64,000 bases of DNA from Rhina ancylostomus (taxonomy: Eukaryota), in NCBI GenBank assembly GCA_030265395.1, contig JARFYF010000054.1, forward strand, positions 11,972,935-12,036,934, in the 5' to 3' direction. Of the stretch, positions 48,246 through 62,109 are shown piece after piece. Below the pieces are notes generated by a model, which saw only the letters and a program-made list of their open reading frames with translations, was not told the origin of the DNA and did no database searches. The first letter of the stretch is position 1. Each line of letters starts with the position of its first letter. Both the position numbers and the translations under genes were made by a program.

Positions 48246-50164
48246 TGTATTTTGAGTGATGATATACAATTCCACAGCATATAATAAGGCTAGAGCGACA
48301 AACGCATATCAGAATGATAGAATATTTATCTTGAAAAGGCTAAAATTATAGCCCATGAGCCCATCAGTGTGCTTGAATTCAAATTACACTGTAATTGTCA
48401 AAGTAATAATTAAGACATTGCAGCAAGAATTCATAGTTACCCATTTCAATGGAACTGGAACAATGCATTAGTTTTAAAGAATGATTGCAGGTAATTATGT
48501 AGAGAACTAGTTGTAATTTCTTCTATGTAGAATAGTGAACACTATAGAGAATTTTCTAACTGGAAAGTAGATGTTGAGGAATTCTACATCCTGCTGTTGT
48601 AAAATGTGGGACTAATTAACCCTTTCAGGATTGGAGAGTATTGTTGCTCCAATTATTCTATTCTTTAAAAGATATGCAGTGCACAGAATGCTACAGAAAG
48701 AAATATTGTGTTCACATTTATGTTATAAAATCAAATACTTGAAAGTTGTGGTAATATTTATCACGTATCGCAAAATAAAACATGACTATCATTTTTAAAA
48801 ATGCCAATTCATTCAGTGCTTCAAAAATGACACAGATTTTGGTCTGTTAGTGTGCTATCAGAAAAGTTTAGTGAATTTCTTCCCTTTCCTCCGCTTTATC
48901 GTCTGTTAGTATTTGGACCCTTCACGTAAAATGCACTATTTTCCTGAATATATTGATCACAGTGACATAAAATAGCAACATATCTTGAGGGTAGGGTTTG
49001 CACTGATTGACAAATGACTGCAGTCATAAGACTTGTTTTGAATGGAGACTTAAAGGAGAATGTGAACTTAAGTAAATACCTTCTGGTAGATTCTGCTGTC
49101 AGACTAAATATTTTTATCATATTTTTCCTTATGAATAATGGCTGATAAATTTAGTGCTACTGATTTCAGATTAACTTTAGAATACTTTATTGTTAAGGTA
49201 TCCCCATTACAGCCCCATCATATTTTCCCCAGTGGTTCGTAATGGATTTTGATCCAGAATTGAATTTGTCTGAGTGTTACATAATTTACCACCAAATACA
49301 ATGATTCTTATGATTCATTTAATTGCCACATTTTTCCATATCAGGTGCCACTAATATTGGCCAGATGTTTTCCCAGAACAATTTTTGTGAAGTCATTCGA
49401 TTGGCTTTTAACTTGCTTCACTAACAACATCCCACACCCCCCCCACGTGCTGCTCAGTACATGACTTTTATCTTTAAATAAACTGTGCTTTGAGAGTGAA
49501 TCTGTTGTGATAGCTCAAAGATAAAATACCAAAATAAGATTTTTTTTAAGGTGTGCCATTTGTGCCTGCCAGATAGAAGACTGACTGTGCAATGAATGTC
49601 AAATATATTGTTTTAGGTATTCATACAACTTAGGTTAACGAAAGTACTTAGCAGCATTGACCTGTTTGGCACACTTGTTCAATATTGTAGAACTCTATCT
49701 ATTAAAATTTTTATTTTAAGCTGGAGTTCAATTAAAGGTGCATTTATTTATCCCTTGTATATTGACACCATTGTGACTTATAGTTTGCATTTATGTCCTG
49801 TCACATCCAAATTCAATCTTTTGAAGCACAATTTGTTCTCCATTCTAGCCAGAGTATTTTTATAGGACACATTTCAGTACAGAAGAATTAATTCTTCCTT
49901 GTACGTTCCTCAACATGAGCTTTGGTTAGCTGTTTTAAAAGTTTGATATTTACTTGAAGATCTCCTTCATAGACTCCTTAAATCCAGTGCCAGGTCTATT
50001 AGTTCTTCAACCTGTAAGCTTAAACCCTACCTGTAAGGGTACAGTTTGCCTAACGCTGAAACAATTGAGCTTACAATTCCAATTACCTAAGGTTTCAAAG
50101 TACAAGTACTTTCACGCCCCAATACCTTGTGTTACAAATTAGATAGCAGTTTTTTGAGTGATGG

Positions 50165-50930
50165 ACAAACTCCAAGGCAGAGTACAAAGTTAATGGCAGG
50201 ATTCTTAGTAATGTGGAGGAGCAGAGGGATCGGAGGGTCCAGATCCACAGATCCCTGAAAGTTACCTCACAGGTGGATAGGGTAGTTAAGAAAGCTTATG
50301 GGATGTTAGCTTTCATAAGTNNNNNNNNNNNNNNNNNNNNNNNNNNNNNNNNNNNNNNNNNNNNNNNNNNNNNNNNNNNNNNNNNNNNNNNNNNNNNNNN
50401 NNNNNNNNNNNNNNNNNNNNNNNNNNNNNNNNNNNNNNNNNNNNNNNNNNNNNNNNNNNNNNNNNNNNNNNNNNNNNNNNNNNNNNNNNNNNNNNNNNNN
50501 NNNNNNNNNNNNNNNNNNNNNNNNNNNNNNNNNNNNNNNNNNNNNNNNNNNNNNNNNNNNNNNNNNNNNNNNNNNNNNNNNNNNNNNNNNNNNNNNNNNN
50601 NNNNNNNNNNNNNNNNNNNNNNNNNNNNNNNNNNNNNNNNNNNNNNNNNNNNNNNNNNNNNNNNNNNNNNNNNNNNNNNNNNNNNNNNNNNNNNNNNNNN
50701 NNNNNNNNNNNNNNNNGAGTGGTTGGTGCATGGAATGCACTGCCTGGGGCGGTGGTGGAGGCAGGTACATTGGTCAAATTCAAGAGATTACTACATAGGC
50801 ATATGGAGGAATTTAAAATAGGGGGATATGTGCAAGGAAAGGGATAGATAGTCTTAGGCGAGGTTTAAAGGTTGGCACAACATTGTGGGCTGAAGAGCCT
50901 GTATTGTGCTGTACTGTTCTATGCTATGAC
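50165..50930 (+). mobile_element. CR1 LINE 3' part, same young subfamily as 34305-35215 (interior N)
   Basis: EEQRDRRVQIHRSLKVTSQVDRVVKKAYGMLAFIS; tail cctgtattgtgctgtactgttctatg. A third tail copy lies at ~56310-56415. Confidence 0.95.
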
Positions 50931-51866
50931 TTTTTTTCTGACAAACATTGGGTACATTGATATTGCTTGAAGAATACCTTATGGAAAAATTCTAATTAAT
51001 ATTAGTTCAAGTGTGGTCATCCTTAATCAACTGACCAATCAGATTACAAGTAGAAATGAATGCATCAGAGAAAATAATTATAGATTATTTTTGGTTTCCA
51101 CTAGTTTTAAATGTGGCATGCTGACTCGAGCACTTTTGGATCTCATCACTTCTGAGCATGTGGCATGTCATTTAAATAGAATTCTAGCCTAATTTTATTT
51201 CCTGACTTGTAAGAATAACTTTTAACTCAAGCAAATATAGTGACATAACAATTCAGCATTTTGTGAGCTGTTATTGGTAATATTACATAACATGCATTCT
51301 TCATTGACTTTTCATACACATTTTACTGTATATATTTGTGCATAGTTACAACCCACAACAAATTATGCCTCCCCCCCAGAAAAAAACTGTGATCTTTCAA
51401 TAAGCATCAACATTAAAAATCCCCCACATTATAACTGAGCTTGGTGACTTACCTAAATGACAATGACCCTGATTTTGACACTTATTTTAAATCCTTTCTC
51501 CTTGTATATATTTGCTCTTGTCCATCCTCTTTCAAGCCCACCAAAAGTTGGGATGGGAACTTTCTATTTAAATTTACAACACTGAGAGCCCTGTGAAGTA
51601 AAGCCAACAGCAACCGCTGAAAGGATAGGATAACCCATTTAGATAGGTTCATTGAGTTGGTGTTGCTTTGCCTGCCCCTTCACATCATGAAAACTTGTGG
51701 GGCAGTTTGAGCCATAAGTATGTATGTAAACCTGTGTTTTTAATCCCAGTGTTACTACATATGATGTCAAATATTTATTTGGACATTAATGTATATTAAT
51801 ATGTGTTTCGGTTTTATAGCTAGTTGTGTTTAACCTTTATTCTCACCATTATTTTCTTCTTTCTAG

Positions 51867-51998
51867 GCCTTTAATTCGGAGAGTGACAATTTTAAGTTAT
51901 CTTATGGTGGTCACCAGTATCATGCCAGCTGTGCCAATTTCTGGATTAATTGTGTGGAGCCTAAGCCGCCAGGCCTCATCCTACCAGACTTGCTCTGA
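51867..51998 (+). CDS. SYNRG: Synergin gamma terminal coding exon K: AFNSESDNFKLSYGGHQYHASCANFWINCVEPKPPGLILPDLL*
   Basis: ttttcttctttctAG acceptor, phase 0, TGA at 51996-98; C-terminus nearly identical to mammalian SYNRG. Confidence 0.98.
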   Translation, partial: AFNSESDNFKLSYGGHQYHASCANFWINCVEPKPPGLILPDLL

Positions 51999-54660
51999 CA
52001 CATTGTCATGGGAACTGGATGCTGTTAAACTTGTCCACATCTTGCACCTCATTGACATTTCACATAAATCAGTGGATGTTACAGGGTAGCCTGTGAAAAA
52101 GATCAATTTGCAACTTTTATTCTTTTTATGTATATTTAATATGTTATTTACATGACTCACTGTCTAACAAGCAAGAATGCTTTAAGTTCTCCTTCCAAAA
52201 GATACAGCAGCACTTCAGATTGAATCAGACCTATACTTATCTGCTTGTTCCTAGTTACTTGAAATCTGGAAGTTGGACTTACATTCAGTAGTTGCAGCAA
52301 AGCAGCATTGGTTTAGATGTTAATATTTTTAAATGGGAAGTGTAAAACTCATTCTGGTTTTCTAATTATTGGAGAAAGTACTAAAGCCTTTACTTTAAAT
52401 TAATTAAATATCTGAGTCAAATGAGTAAATATTTCACTTTCGATCCTTTAGTTCTCTGCCAGGGTTGTGAGTGACATGAATGATAATGATTAAGGTGCCA
52501 CAGGAAGAGGAGGAATTCACAGCACCCCAGTGGATGTAGAATTACCCTGATGTAAAACTCTTGTCTAGATGTACACACTGCTCTTCCTGAAGCCCAGGCA
52601 GAACATGGCAGAGTGAAGATTGAAGCTCAAAAGATTTGCAGAATGCATCTTGCAGTACGGATACAGTGGGTGTTGTATACAGCAAGATGTTGTAATTGGA
52701 CAAATGATCCTCAATGTGAAAGCTATCAGAAAGATATTAATATTTTTGGTTTGTGTATTTACTGAGTAACGCAAGTGATATGTAGCAAGATTGTGGGTGC
52801 TCTATTCCAATATATTTATTTCTCCTCCCAGAGTCTCAAATTAAAGCCCTCATGAGCTACCTCAACCAGCCTCTTGAGTCATATTGGACATACTCATGTG
52901 TCTGAGTAGCTGCGCTCAGACTGCAACTTTACTGGGGAGAGCAATGTAAAATGAGCGTTGTCAGACCAGCGTCAGTTATACCTCTCTGCTATTTGACCTC
53001 CAGTAGAAATAGAACTAACCAGAGATGTATAACAGACAGCTGAATCAGTATTGCTTGTCCTTACACCATCCCCCAAGTCAAAATTAGCCCCAAAATATCA
53101 AATATCTCAGCAATGGCATCTTTTGTGCATTTCTTCAAAACAAGTTGTGTTTTAGGAATGTATCGTGGAAAGAAGTTGTAACATAAATATTCAAAAAATT
53201 GAAGCAACGATATCAATTTTAGTAGGTTTGTTTTAGTTGCCATCTAATATTTATTTTAAATCAAATGTTTTAACATGCCCTATGAAAACATCCCTGTTTT
53301 CTTGGGAGAAGTTTAATGTTGTTTAACAGTGTACAAGTTAATTTGAATATTTACTGGTTTAGTTCTGTATGGAAAGAAGTTTAAGAATTTAAATTTCAGC
53401 TATTATAACATATCTCAGTTATAGTCCACCTCCCTCCCCATCCTCCACACACTGCATCGGATCTCATCCAATTTCAATATCCACACCTTCCTTCCGATGC
53501 AGCATCCTTGTGTGGATATTGCATGATTCATGTTATCTTTGCTGATAAATACAGAGCTCACAGTGAAGCAAGCCCCATTGAAGCATGGAATGCAATTTAT
53601 TTGTGCAAACTGGTTTGGTGAAAGCAGGTTTGAGTGGCAAACTCTGTTACTGAAATAGGGAATTTTATGGTCATAAGGCCAATGGTGCACTACCTCAGGA
53701 ATTGGAACTTTTGGTGATTAAAATGTAGAATTCTACAGGACTAATCTGTTTCAGTCAAGGTTTAGATGTTTGATTTTGCTGGGGTACTTTTTTGGAATGA
53801 GTTTTTTTTTTCCCGCACATTCACTTATCGTTTAAATTCATGCAGCAGACTTTTTGTTTCATAATAAACTATCTATTTTAAGAAACATTTTTAATTGTTG
53901 TGGGAAGAACAGAAATAGAGCACATTTAACTTTTGTCAAAACAGAATCGATGCAGTGAAATTGCAATCATCAGTTCTGTGACGATTACAAAAATACTCTC
54001 CATGACCATGATCTTTGGTATTTCAGAGACTCAGCTGTGGCTTTGTAGATTGAAAAACCTGGGTTTTATGTGAAGGAATACATCTGAAGTACTCCAAAAA
54101 TAACCTTAATCATTAGATAAGGTAAACTCCAAGTAGTATTTGCGTTATATAAACTATCTGAAGGATGATTCGACATTTTTGGTACTACAGAGATGTACGC
54201 AAAATTATTGACTGTAATCAGCCCAAGTGGAGGGTATTTCATTTGATTAGTCTATTAATGCGCTGATCTTAACTGAAAATGCACTTTTTACATTCCTTTT
54301 ATCCACATTCATAATTATTTTTTGAGTGGTATTAATATGTGTGGGTAGGGGTTTTCACTGTTTTGATCTACTTTGTCTGAATTAATTTTATTTGACTGTC
54401 TATTCTCCTGTTATTAATTGTGACCATTCGAAATGAAAAATTAAGAATGTGATTCAGGTGTTAAATCCATCACCAAAAATCTGTAATAGTGTATTGCGCA
54501 CTAGGTCTTTACTGTTGGGGACTTCTGCAGATGAAATAGAGATGACAGGCCATTGATAGCATGCATTCCTCTCGATTTTATTTTGATTAATTAATTTTGA
54601 TTTGGTATGGTTTTTAAATTAAAATTTTAATAAAGCATTCAAGTTCATAATAATATTTGT
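51999..54660 (+). other. SYNRG: Probable SYNRG 3'UTR; candidate AATAAA at 53863, 54629 and 55137
   Basis: Repeat-poor, U-rich sequence directly after the stop codon; the true 3' end cannot be fixed without transcript data. Confidence 0.55.
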
Positions 54661-57600
54661 CAGTAGATGTTGATGATGGAGCCTGCTTTATATTTCCAAC
54701 ATTTTTGTATTTAGTTTAAAAGTAATAGATAAGGAATTGAGTGTAACAGTCTCTTATTGGCAGTTTGATGTAATCTGATGCCCTTTTTCCATAATGACTC
54801 AGTACCAGAGTTAACATTGGATTGGATTCCTTCTCATTGCCAATAACCCCAGTGTCCTAGGTTACTGTATCCAAGGTTACGCTCTAGTTGCTGTAGAAAC
54901 CTTGTGAATCGTAATGGAATGTGTGGCAGCCATTCTTGTGCAGCAGGTGTTGTCTACTTATTGAAACATCAATAGATTTCAAGTGAAATTATGTTTCAAA
55001 GAATTTGTTGGAAATTCTCATTTATCTTCCACAGATCGAACCCCACTTGCATTCATATTTTTAAAAATATTCAGGTCTTTAAAAATTAGGGATCACTTTT
55101 TTACTGAAAGATTTGGATACAGAAATCAAATATATAAATAAAAGTAACTAGTTTAATTCTTTCATATTCTCTTGCCTTTACCAAAATATTTTCCGTAACT
55201 TTGAAATTCACCACATTGAATGAATTTAATGATTGTATAGGATCAGAAAATATTATTATAATCTACCTGGCCCATCCCAATTTCTCAGAAAGAGCCTGTC
55301 CCACAATATCAATCAGATTTCCAAATCAAAGTTACTGTAGCTCAAAAAAAATTGTGGTTCACAAGGGTGATTTTTTTAAAAATTTTGAATGGTAAGCTAT
55401 TGTTCCTTTTTTCCTCCGTTACTTTCTCTCTTTAATGGTACAATAATGGATGTGCAATTAATGCCAAGGACAGGCACAACCCAGTAATATTTATTTTAAT
55501 GAGAATTCATTCACNNNNNNNNNNNNNNNNNNNNNNNNNNNNNNNNNNNNNNNNNNNNNNNNNNNNNNNNNNNNNNNNNNNNNNNNNNNNNNNNNNNNNN
55601 NNNNNNNNNNNNNNNNNNNNNNNNNNNNNNNNNNNNNNNTGGACTTGGTAGACCAAAGGGTCTGATATGTCTCCATGACTCAATGAATTATAAGATGGTC
55701 AGACTTTGAATGTATTTATCTTCATCTGTAGAACTACCTTTTGTATTTATCTTGAAGTATCTGTTTGGATTAATGTTATTCTATTCATTCTTGAACTGGT
55801 TTATTCACTCAAATAAATTATCTCCTGTCTGCATTTTTTTGTTAAAGGCCGGCACAACTAATAATCGTCTCTCAAATCCATCTTAATTACTAGCTTAGCT
55901 GCTCTTTGTAGATGCTTCAAGAGTAGTAGTTTTATCAGTGACTGTAGCTGGAGGTAAGGCCAGTTATATAAGCTAACTATCAACATCATGAGCATTTTCC
56001 ACCATCACTTCACATTGTACTGACATCCCTTTTTCCAAAGGCCTTCAATCCAACTGGTATTATTTTACATGTTAACATTAGATCAAAAACAGCAATGGCT
56101 CCAAAACCAACTATAGCACAAACCCACAATCCACATTGATTCTGCATCTAAGCAGATACTCCTTTGCACCAATCTACTTCCAAAAGCTTGCCTCCTCCTC
56201 TGTACCTTCTTTCCTCGTGAAGTTATTTCTCATGTTGCACTTTAATCAAAAATTCAATATAATTATGCATTTTCCTTTATGCTGTCTTGTTCAATGGTTC
56301 TATTAAGATAAAGGGATATGTGGGAGGGAGGGGTTAGATAGTCTTAGGTGTTGTTTGAAGGTTGGCACAACATGGTGGGCCGAAAGGCCTGTATTGTGCT
56401 GTATTGTTCTATGCTTCTGTGGAAGAGAATGACCTTGCTCTTCAATCAATGGATATGCTAGGATGTGGAATGATGCTTATGCATCTGATACCAAGGGTGG
56501 GAACAGCAACCAAGTAAGACATCCAAAGCAGAAGAAAATGTCAAATCCAATGGTGCAGACCCACTGGTGCCCCTGGTGGAGCTGGCACAGAAGAACTGAG
56601 CTCATAGTGTTTTCTATGACAAGTTCTTTACCAGTTTATACATCCCACAGTTGGGAAGTGGGAACTTTGAAATTGTTCTCAAACCATATGTTGGCTCACA
56701 AGCTAATGAACAGAGCACCTATTTTGCTGAGCAAAACAATCTAATTGACATGAAATTGTGTTTGTAATGATACACACTTGCATTCTCTCTGGTATGATGG
56801 AAAGCTTATAAGATGGTTCTGGTAATATATTGAATGAACATGGTAACAATCTATTTAGCAATTCAGCTTTGATACAATTTATATCACAGCCTTGTTCATC
56901 TGTATCTTTAGTTTTATCAGCTGGATAAACAACTCACTTGAACCAACCCCAAGAAATGAATAATACATTCAAAGGCTTCAATTGACCTTTGAACAATGTG
57001 ACAAAATTTTGGATGGTTTGCTTGTAAACTGAACCCATCAACAGTTTTTTGTAACCCACAGAGATATTTTATGAAACTGTAAATACAGCTCAGTAATTTT
57101 TCATTTCTAACATTTGAGTTTGATGGAAATATTTCTACCCTCTTTGCAGTTCCTCGTGAAACATCTCTTAAGTTTTGTGTTCTGGGGTATCAGTATTCCT
57201 CTAGACAATGAATTGGAGGAAAACTCACTGTGCAGTGTCCTATGTAAATATTGTTCTAGTGATCAGATATAACAGTCACGTTATGATATTTGTGTGTATG
57301 TCTGTGTGAGAGACCATAACTCTGTGCTAATTCATTAAAATGTGTGTTGTGTAAATAACCTTCTCTACATTCACCATAGACCCTGATTAGTGTTTGAAAG
57401 AAAACAAAGGAAAACTGTTGATAGAAAAATCTGGAGACACTTCTGAGCTATAATAATATCTGAACTTAATTCTAGAATTCAGTGTCATGTGGAAGAGAAG
57501 TTATATTGAACCATTTGAAGTGTTTGATGCAGCTACTGTTTGATGTTTGGTCTTTTGTCTATGTATAAAATATGTTGTTGTCCTGCTGAGTAATGCAAAT

Positions 57601-60600
57601 TAAATGGCAAACTGAGAATTCTGCTTTTGCATTAAACAATTATTAGTTATGTAAAATCTGACAAACATTTCATTGTGTTGGTGTGCTAAGAAAAGTTGTT
57701 ATTTCTAGTTCTAGAATCCATTTGCACACACATTACCATTTGCTCTTTTTTAAAAAAAAGACCAACTTAAAGGTTTTAACAGCTGAAAGGTAATTATTAC
57801 ACATTTACTAAAGCAACTGGAAACTATCAGTATTATAAACCCAATATACTCTAGTGTTCATTGTGAAGTTTTGCATATTTGAATTTAGGAGGTACAAAAG
57901 ACCCATTAGGCTATTCATATCGTGTGCTTCCAGAGGAATTGTGGTAATATCTCACTGAGATTTTCTTTGCTCAACCAGTGCCTGCCTTGTATTCAGCTGT
58001 CTGGGCACTGAGCTCTGAAATTCATTCCCTAAATCTGTGTGCCTCCCCTAAGGCAGTGCTTAAAACCCATTAATTTGACCAATCTTTAGGTCACCAGAAA
58101 ATTCTTTGTGCAACCCAGTATTGTTTTCTGTTTGTTATAACTCCTGTGAGGTGCCNNNNNNNNNNGGGATGTTTCAGTATACTCAAGAAGATTATTGTTG
58201 TATAACAATTGTTGGAGATGATTTCACAGCAGATGTTTTAGTCTGGAGTGAGAGAGTTTAAACACATTACATTGAAAACCCAATACCATGAATATCAAAC
58301 ACTTCGACTGGGAGATGTTGATTATACATAAACAATACATAATGACCTCATATGAGTTTGGGTTACAATGGATTCTTTCACTGCTTTCCAAGTAGTGAGG
58401 AAACTGGTGATTTAATGATACAGGGACCCAGCTGGAACTCTGACTGGATTTTGACCTTCATAATCAATGTGCCAATTAAAACAACTATATAAACATTCTG
58501 ATTAATATTTTTAAATTTGTGGTTTTATTTGTTTAGCATATGTGTGTGGTTGGTACCCCGGAGAGAAGACTGAGAGGCTGAACCTAAACAATACACTGAC
58601 ACTGGGTTTTATCCATTGCCCCCTGGGCTTTGGTGATATTATGCAAGTGATAATTTACTTCCCCTGAAATACTTCACAAAGCAGCTCCTTAGAGACCTGA
58701 TTCTGCTGACAGTATTATGGCACTCACTATTAACAAACATTGGAAGCCTTGTGAGGAGAAGATACTATGGGACTTGTTCCTTTTTCACCCTCAAAACTCC
58801 TCAGCCCAGTGAATCTTTCAAGGACAGGTTTCTGTCTCATGCCATCAAATTATTCCATCACAAATGAACCCTAGATGTTGGGAGAAAAACCATATGACAT
58901 ACAGGATCTCAGTAACCAAGCGTCGTTTTGGCTGTCTACAACCATTGGTTGGGATTGCCTACTCCATTCCAGGTGGTTTGATCCTGCAATGGGTGAGCAT
59001 GTGAAATGCCCACAGTTTGCAGATATTATCACATTTACCTGTGATTGTATTTCTNNNNNNNNNNCTTTGCATTCCACCAGCATTTAGAGAAGGAGAGCAG
59101 GGAGGCAATACGTAAGCAGGTGGAGAAAGTAAAGAGCCGGAAGCTCCAGCTGCTGGACTGCACTATTCTGGTTGCTTAGGAACCTTCCATCCTAGGAGAA
59201 TATCAGGCAATCCTAGAGAGCTGACAAACCTATTGCACACCTGGCAGCCACCTTACCAACTCAATAAGGAGATCTCAGGAGACCTGATTTAAATTTTAAA
59301 AAAGGAAAAAAAATTGTTCCAGCTGTCAGGATTAGTATATTAGGAATTTATCGCTGTGGGGGCCAGCAGATGAGTAAACACCAGTTCCCAGGAACAGTGA
59401 CAAAAGTATCACCATGGGAACCTGCTTGTCCCTATCCCAATAAACATTTATCTTTCCATCATGTCCAATTGACATTTTCATAGACCCTAAAGTTTTCCTG
59501 CATTACAACAGTCACCTCACTTCGCAAAGTACATAATTCAACATAAAGAACATTGGAACACAACAAGGTTGCTTAATAGTTCTTGTTACGAATTTGTTTT
59601 GTAAGTAATTAATGTAAGGTTTAAAAATATTCTTCCAGCTGCATATTTTCATTGAGTTAGTAAACATTAAATTTTCTGGTTCTAGACTCAGTCTGTTAGC
59701 AAGTAAAAATTACCCATCTATATTTTAGCTAAAAATGGGGGCATCATCCATGACTTGTACTTGGTTTTCCTTGTTATTTATTCAAAAGTACCATTGTGAA
59801 ATGCTTTCACATTGCACGGTGGAAGTACAACAGGCTTTCCCTTGCATGCCAGACACAAACAGTATCTAAGTCTTTCCAGGAATTCACCTAGAAGGAAAAA
59901 TAAACACACTGCAAATTTTTTGCAGACATCAAATCAAAGTGTTAATCTAATTTAGTTCCACCACCTTGTAGTACCAATCACTGTTCACCCATTCAAATTG
60001 CACTCTGAAAGCCATAAACCTTGAGGGTGGATTGTAAACAAAATGCAACTCTTGTCATCATCCTCTCCTATGATTACTATTCTGTGCATGCAACAGATTA
60101 CAACAGCAGTCTGCCATTATACTGCCAAGAGCATTATACACTCACAATAGGATCAGAGCTTAATTGCCAACTCAGTCTGCAAAAAAATATCATGGGGAGG
60201 ACAAGTGGAACCTTGCACTGCCTGGGCAATGTAGGATTTATTCATTCTGTGGGAGAGTTTGTGGTTTCACTGAGAATTAATGTGCAGGAAAGGGTTATTC
60301 ATTTCTACAATGCTTAAGCCATGCTTTTACAATTCAAATCGACGAAAAAGAACAAAAGGTTCAGTAAGTTGAGCGGTTGGGAAGGCAGGAGCTCAGCACA
60401 GTGTTTTATATAACTGCCAAAAAAGGAAAAGGTCATTGAAACCAGCCAGACAGAACTGGAAGCGGTATTAGTCATGGAGTTATCCTGCCTCCCGAATCTG
60501 CTCATGTTTGACCTGTTATGCAAATTGTCACATCCAGGCTCGTCAGGAAATCAGAGAAGTATGAATATTGAATCAGATGTTCTAGAAGACACAACAGATT

Positions 60601-61439
60601 TAAATAAATAAACTTGGCATTGAATCCATTGGTTGTCCTTGCCCAAAGCTGCCTAATTAAATAACTGTTCACCTTGGGGAAAATGACATGAGATTATAAA
60701 ATTGTTCAAAGAACTTGGTGATAAGATATGCATGCACACGTGCTGTACTACTTTAGACAAAAGATGCACCAAGGTTTTGAATCCAATTTAACACAATTTC
60801 TCATTTCCAGCCACTATAAGACGCAATTTTTCCAATGACAGAGCCACAACAATGGCACTGAGATTCTGAATGTTAAAAAAGTCAGAATTTTCAGTTGTAG
60901 AGTTATACAGCATAGGAACAGGCCCTTTGGCCCAACTTGTCCGTGCTGACCAATTTGCCTCACTGAGCTACTCCCATTTACAATCACGCCTGTCTACACC
61001 TAAGGTCAACATCCTAACATTATCCCAATTCTACAAATGGTCTCCTTAAATTCCCTCATTAGGTCACTCCATGGTAAAATGTCACAGTTTGATATTCCAC
61101 ATTAGCAGCATCTTATAAGTGAGAATTTCTGGTATTAATGTAGTTCAAGAGTAAATTCTCTACCTACTTTATCTATCCATAGAACAACAAACTAGCTCTT
61201 ATTAACTTTGCCATTTTTTTTGCTCCTTTAAAGATTCATCATCAGGTCATGCAAGGGCCATCATGAAGCCAGTACATCTGCCAACTTAGTACAATCGTAT
61301 GCTCTTGATTTATATTATGAAATTCAGAACGTGTATAATATTTAACAAAGCATGAAAAACAACGGTTCCTGGATGTTCATGTGAGTACCCTGTATCCATC
61401 CATCTGTCTTGGTCAGAGCTTTGGGATTCTTAAGTGTCT

Positions 61440-61530
61440 TGTTGGCAGGGGTGGTTGGTGGTGAGTGAGGTGTGGTTGGGGGTAGGTGGAGGTGGTTGAG
61501 TGGGTGTGAGGGTGGTGTAGGATGGAGAAG
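61440..61530 (+). repeat. G/T-rich low-complexity tract (possible G-quadruplex)
   Basis: ggggtggttggtggtgagtgaggtgtggttgggggtaggtggaggtggttgagtgggtgtgagggtgg. Confidence 0.5.
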
Positions 61531-62109
61531 CCAACTTTTTACCAGGATGCAAGCAGAATTCAGCTACTGAACCTGTGTACCATAGAATTTTGGTGACAAC
61601 TACAGTGAGCAGCCAGTGTGCTGCACTAGTGGATGTTGATGGCCACTAAAGGTTGGTGCAGTTCCATGATAACTGCAGGAAGTTGAAGCAAGGGGGCTTC
61701 CAGAATGCAAATTCATGGAATTATTGATCTTTTATCAAGGACTGCATTTTGTGACAATGCTATAACCAGCCAAAATGGACACAATTGGCTAATTCTCCAA
61801 TCACAGTGGCCACAGTGTATTGGTATTGGTTTATTATTGTCACTTGTACCAAGGTACAGTGAAAAGCTTGTCTTGCATACCGTTCGTACATATCAATTCA
61901 TTACACAGTACATTGAGGTATATGGCATGGTACAGAGGGCATTGGGGTAGTAAAGGGTAAAGTGTCACAGCTACAGGGAAGTGCATTGCAGGTAGACAAA
62001 AAGGTGAAATTTAGAAGTGTAGAACGATTGTAGTAAAAGTAATGAGTAGATCTGCTGAGAACAGTTTGCAATGAGTCGCCACACTCCAGCACCATCTTGC
62101 TGTAATGGA

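Noticed and set aside
50213-50821. 202-aa ORF and other long X-filled ORFs
   Set aside because: Length is created by N runs inside CR1 copies.
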